From Balanoglossus misakiensis (Eukaryota; Animalia; Hemichordata): a stretch of 64,000 bases of DNA. This document shows positions 62,601 to 64,000 of this stretch, piece by piece; the stretch's first letter is position 1; every line of letters starts with the position of its first letter. Under the pieces are notes generated by a model. That model saw nothing but the letters and a program-made list of their open reading frames with translations, searched no databases and had not been told where the DNA came from. The translations under genes and the position numbers were made by a program. The stretch lies in assembly GCA_040954595.2 (NCBI GenBank), contig CM082584.2, forward strand, positions 2,201,344 through 2,265,343, written 5' to 3'.

Positions 62601-63760
62601 GCTGGTCTCTTACCTCTTCCTTTTGTAACACTTTCAGTTTCATCACTTAAGTGGAAATTTCCTTTCTTGTCCAATGGACTCTTTAGTGGAACAAAACTGC
62701 CACTATCTGCCTCATTGTGGAATTCATTAGTCATACCTTCACTTGAGACAAGTTCATCACATTCAATGTGTGTATAGTCAGATGTTACCATCTCACGTGT
62801 CTTTACACTCTTGACAATTTCAAAATGATCTCTGTTGCGATGGTTCAGGTATATACCTACACCTTTATCAACATTACTTTTATTAATTGCATTACAATAA
62901 TGTCTTAGCCATATTCCAGAACTATACACATAGATGTTAGTTTGTAAGAGATCGGCAGCGGCCAAGATCTCATTTTCGGAACCCCAGATTGTTAGGCAAT
63001 TCATTCTAGACTTTGCAATATAATCAGCAACTGATGTATATCCTTGGTCTTGGTCCAGCCAACCAAAATATGCACTGTCATTTGCAATCATGTGGTTTAC
63101 AATGGCCTTTCGCATTACAGCATGGTTACGTTCACTGCCACTAATGGCATACGACAAAGCTCTAAACAAACAATTACCATCACCGATAATAGACTTCATA
63201 TTGCATGGTTCACCAATTTCAACACTACGAATTTCATCGAGCATTTCAACTTTATTTCCATATTTTATGTTAAGCTTACAGCATAACTCTTGGCATATGG
63301 TGGTGGTTACAGGACAGAAAACAAATTCATTCGGGGTAACATTCTGAATAATACATTCATTGTCATTTCTCTTGTGTGCAATATCAACTGCTTTCTCAAT
63401 CTGTAAATTTCCATTAACACAAGTGACAATGTCACCATTTGCAGGTACCCTAGAATCATTGGTTCCCCGAAGGGAAGTTTCAAAGTTTTGATCCTTCAAA
63501 CACCGAAGGCTGGCACCCCGAAGGGTATTGTCGCTGAGATTATAGAGGGCAGCATCCTCTTTGATTACGTCGCTGTTTTTTGAGAGGGCAGCATCCTCTG
63601 TCATATCGAAGCTGTTTTTTGAGAGGGCAGCATCCTCTGTCATATCGAAGCTGTTTTTTGAGAGGGCAGCATCCTCTGTCATATCGAAGCTGTTTTTTGA
63701 GAGGGCAGCATCCTCTTTCATCTGACTCCTCTTCTTCCTCCAGTTCCTAGAGCGTGGCAT
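56636..63760 (-). CDS. Helentron RepHel protein: OTU-like protease, 18-aa repeats, Cys-rich region, HUH Rep, Pif1-family helicase, APE endonuclease
   Basis: Uninterrupted 2374 aa. GDGNCLFRALS...DHF (OTU). VEFQQRGSPHTH (Ser variant typical of Helentrons) and YIVSYISK (Rep). GGAGTGKS, IIDEISMV, GDFYQLPPV, QFPLKLAWACTVHKVQG, YVALSRV (Pif1). CLTETWL, GGVGVY, YRP, GDFN, LIDHVY (APE). The ATG directly follows a TTTCAG acceptor-like site. Confidence 0.96.
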   Translation of the reverse strand: MPRSRNWRKKRSQMKEDAALSKNSFDMTEDAALSKNSFDMTEDAALSKNSFDMTEDAALSKNSDVIKEDAALYNLSDNTLRGASLRCLKDQNFETSLRGTNDSRVPANGDIVTCVNGNLQIEKAVDIAHKRNDNECIIQNVTPNEFVFCPVTTTICQELCCKLNIKYGNKVEMLDEIRSVEIGEPCNMKSIIGDGNCLFRALSYAISGSERNHAVMRKAIVNHMIANDSAYFGWLDQDQGYTSVADYIAKSRMNCLTIWGSENEILAAADLLQTNIYVYSSGIWLRHYCNAINKSNVDKGVGIYLNHRNRDHFEIVKSVKTREMVTSDYTHIECDELVSSEGMTNEFHNEADSGSFVPLKSPLDKKGNFHLSDETESVTKGRGKRPAMSERLRKKIRKEKYECTETTAKSCRAISKYELYNSNTQYRETKKLKSRQHYHQIRESKKQKMKDLYKQSANYRETKKTQIRVKYEQNPDFREAKKAHVRENYQENPDFREAKKARVRLNYEENPTVREAKKARVRVNYEQNPDFREAHKAEMSKQLSQKYHQDVNFRESKKTQSIQRYENDPHYKDNVLKRSRCQMIQNDIDKQNVQHVIANFRNTASEGPNCVCSVCHRRLFRKQVIICKKDRYCTNRNTSDIAVKCISEEYVHNCAPTCIADCLLKKSAASKLWICHTCHRKLSRGEMPVQAVANNLHVTPVPPELKCLNSLEQHLIALNIPFMKMLALPKGGQNGVHGPVVCVPSDIKKATNILPRNEFDDQMIRVKLKRKLSYKGYYEYQFVNKRHIQNALEYLQTNNHYYSDITFNMNWENTLEKTEDAETNNSESELSDTKSTDESNEKTKGNVSDTEGNDVSSDTEDNNVSNKDTNGILMDTCLQPIDIGQDILDYHFEDISCVAPAEGNKPVSLLMEKLNEAKSFPVLFPSGSPTFHDDREVRITIGRYLQGRVMNASNRFSKSTDYIFYAQYLSEINQVVSNVSIALRKGTANACGQKVTSDVLSDSESLKQILKSDEGYKFLKPIRGTPPYWQATQKDLFAMIRQLGIPTWFCSFSAADLRWKEVIETILRGEGDVRNVEDLDWSEKCAILRRNPVTAARMFDHRFHCFLREVIMSPANPIGNIKDYFYRVEFQQRGSPHTHCLFWVENAPKVDRDTDEDVVDFVDRYVTCQMPSVEEDEELQEIVNKVQKHSSRHSKSCKKKGTRCRFNFPRPPSKKTFICRPDIDIEMTGEGEKSNLDDDKETLEEKCQSDTTQLIDNVMSQMAARNILEKVWTCLHDKEKQIDSVDALFNEVSISQEMFEKAHAILARKTSVVLKREPNDVWVNQYNSNLLRCWNANMDIQFVVDAYACVVYIVSYISKAEREMGLLLENAQREANKEGNMDAKSALKQLGSVYLHNREVSAQEAVYRLCGLKLKQSSRKVQFIPTGETPIKMSLPLSVIRSKMTGDDLNEDDIWYNSIVDRYKNRPNDDEFDDMCLATFCSEYRIVSKSEVTNTTTEKRANPIVKLKNGAGYMQKRSRTDPAVIRYARFSVTKFPEKYYRTMLELFLPHWVDSQLKPNGFETYENFYSAGAVKCGSASLQTVKVIVDANKAMFEKEADAVDLAEELLEGSGPLEDAWAQICPESEIDRLECIDERQQLPDDDDVNEEDIPDLVHKPKGDCHIEISTSEVRRADVQAMCRSLNRKQAEVFYSVRQWCLDKSNGKNPESFYLFVSGGAGTGKSHLIKTIYHEAKRILSRVMANPDEKSIQVTASTGVAAFNVGGETLHHAFSIAVDSKLPYEPLREEKLNTLRSKLGNLQILIIDEISMVDRKLFHYVHGRLRQIKQTPSGSPFGNVCVIAVGDFYQLPPVKASPLCVENDAINMWNNFKIVELTEIMRQKDCAFAEALNRVRVHKKGHTLSANDLEMFNNRVTGEASEAIHIFATNAEVNNCNITMLHSLCSDPVCIEAQDFSKNTKTGKLQRKEGHHAKVYRTTLPKTLTLAKGARVQLTQNIDVSDGLVNGVFGSVCHICVKPNEIFPTAVYVVFDKVKVGQGLRNKNRVNISDLPENTTRIEPQEMSVASNGGIRRQFPLKLAWACTVHKVQGLTVEKAVVSLKKMFAPGQAYVALSRVTSLDGLIIDEFKTSSIYCNEKVQAALEMMPKFVDGYFEQLQPNYRCSFILHNVEGLLNHMEDIRSGKEYLESDFICLTETWLTENQTKCDVIVNGFEFSHKPRSKSYNNFDMNTSQLQLQHHGGVGVYVKGSQSVEILDLPVINLEYLTFYVKDINTVVAIIYRPSSYKAVAFRKNLLLLVKEMSKYSGATVIMGDFNENILTLSSLVKLMQDHGFKQHVSKPTTEAGTLIDHVYVKGAGKVEVDIVPKYFSFHEAISIKIY
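62150..62390 (-). repeat. 54-bp coding repeat (NPDFREAKKA.VR.NY.., about 4-5 copies)
   Basis: Visible in both the translation and the DNA. Confidence 0.85.
63545..63718 (-). repeat. 39-bp coding repeat (EDAALSKNSFDMT, about 4.5 copies)
   Basis: Three identical copies plus degenerate ones at the RepHel N-terminus. Confidence 0.92.
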
Positions 63761-64000
63761 CTGAAATCAATAAATACATAACTGTTAACATTTTAATGTC
63801 CGGGACTATTGTACAGACCAGAATGCCAGAATAAAATGTGGTGATAGCTTCACTGTAGAGGTATAGGCCTATGGGTAGGTCAAGGTCACGGATAAACCTG
63901 TTGACATGGTCCACAACCTTGAAATTTGGCATGTGGGATCCTGACCATATACCGGTACATGTAGTGTACAAGGACTGTCAACAGATTTTTTATTCCACAT

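Larger units (their letters stand above)
52121..64000 (-). mobile_element. Autonomous Helentron (5' end beyond the window; 3' subterminal repeats at 52121-~53180)
   Basis: Rep-helicase-endonuclease ORF. 52121-53180 carries the same subrepeats as the array units. GGTCAAGGTCA and GAAATTTGG motifs recur at ~63875-63930. Whether 53180-56635 belongs to the element is inferred. Confidence 0.75.

Noticed and set aside
56688-63347. Plus-strand ORFs antisense to RepHel
   Set aside because: Shadow frames of the long coding sequence.

Overview
AT-rich animal genomic DNA (spliced exons, no prokaryotic signals; the TE repertoire suggests a marine invertebrate, species not determinable), almost entirely mobile elements. 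(1) Non-autonomous Helentron (Helitron2) units of ~1.2-1.5 kb occupy 1-3052 and a ~24 kb array at 28113-52120. Four subfamilies appear inserted into each other just inside their hairpin terminus, giving stacked hairpins and a bracket-like nested order. (2) An intact-looking autonomous Helentron ORF (56636-63760, minus; OTU protease, Cys-rich region, Rep HUH, Pif1 helicase, APE endonuclease) lies next to the array. (3) A CACTG-ended element (3264-9125) holds a decayed CR1-group LINE, which holds a 302-bp hairpin element; a second LINE piece at 10307-11610 shares the same lesions. (4) A complete 6.06 kb hAT-like transposon with a 7-bp TSD (13483-19543) splits what reconstructs as the signal-peptide exon of a C-type-lectin/mucin-stalk/transmembrane gene (13437-24511), which also carries a nonsense codon and a retroposon tail. 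(5) Two copies of a ~100-nt structured sequence with A/B-box-like motifs and T-runs sit at the array's edge. Several MITEs, L2 fragments and tandem repeats are also present. All calls are from reading the sequence by eye; no searches were run.
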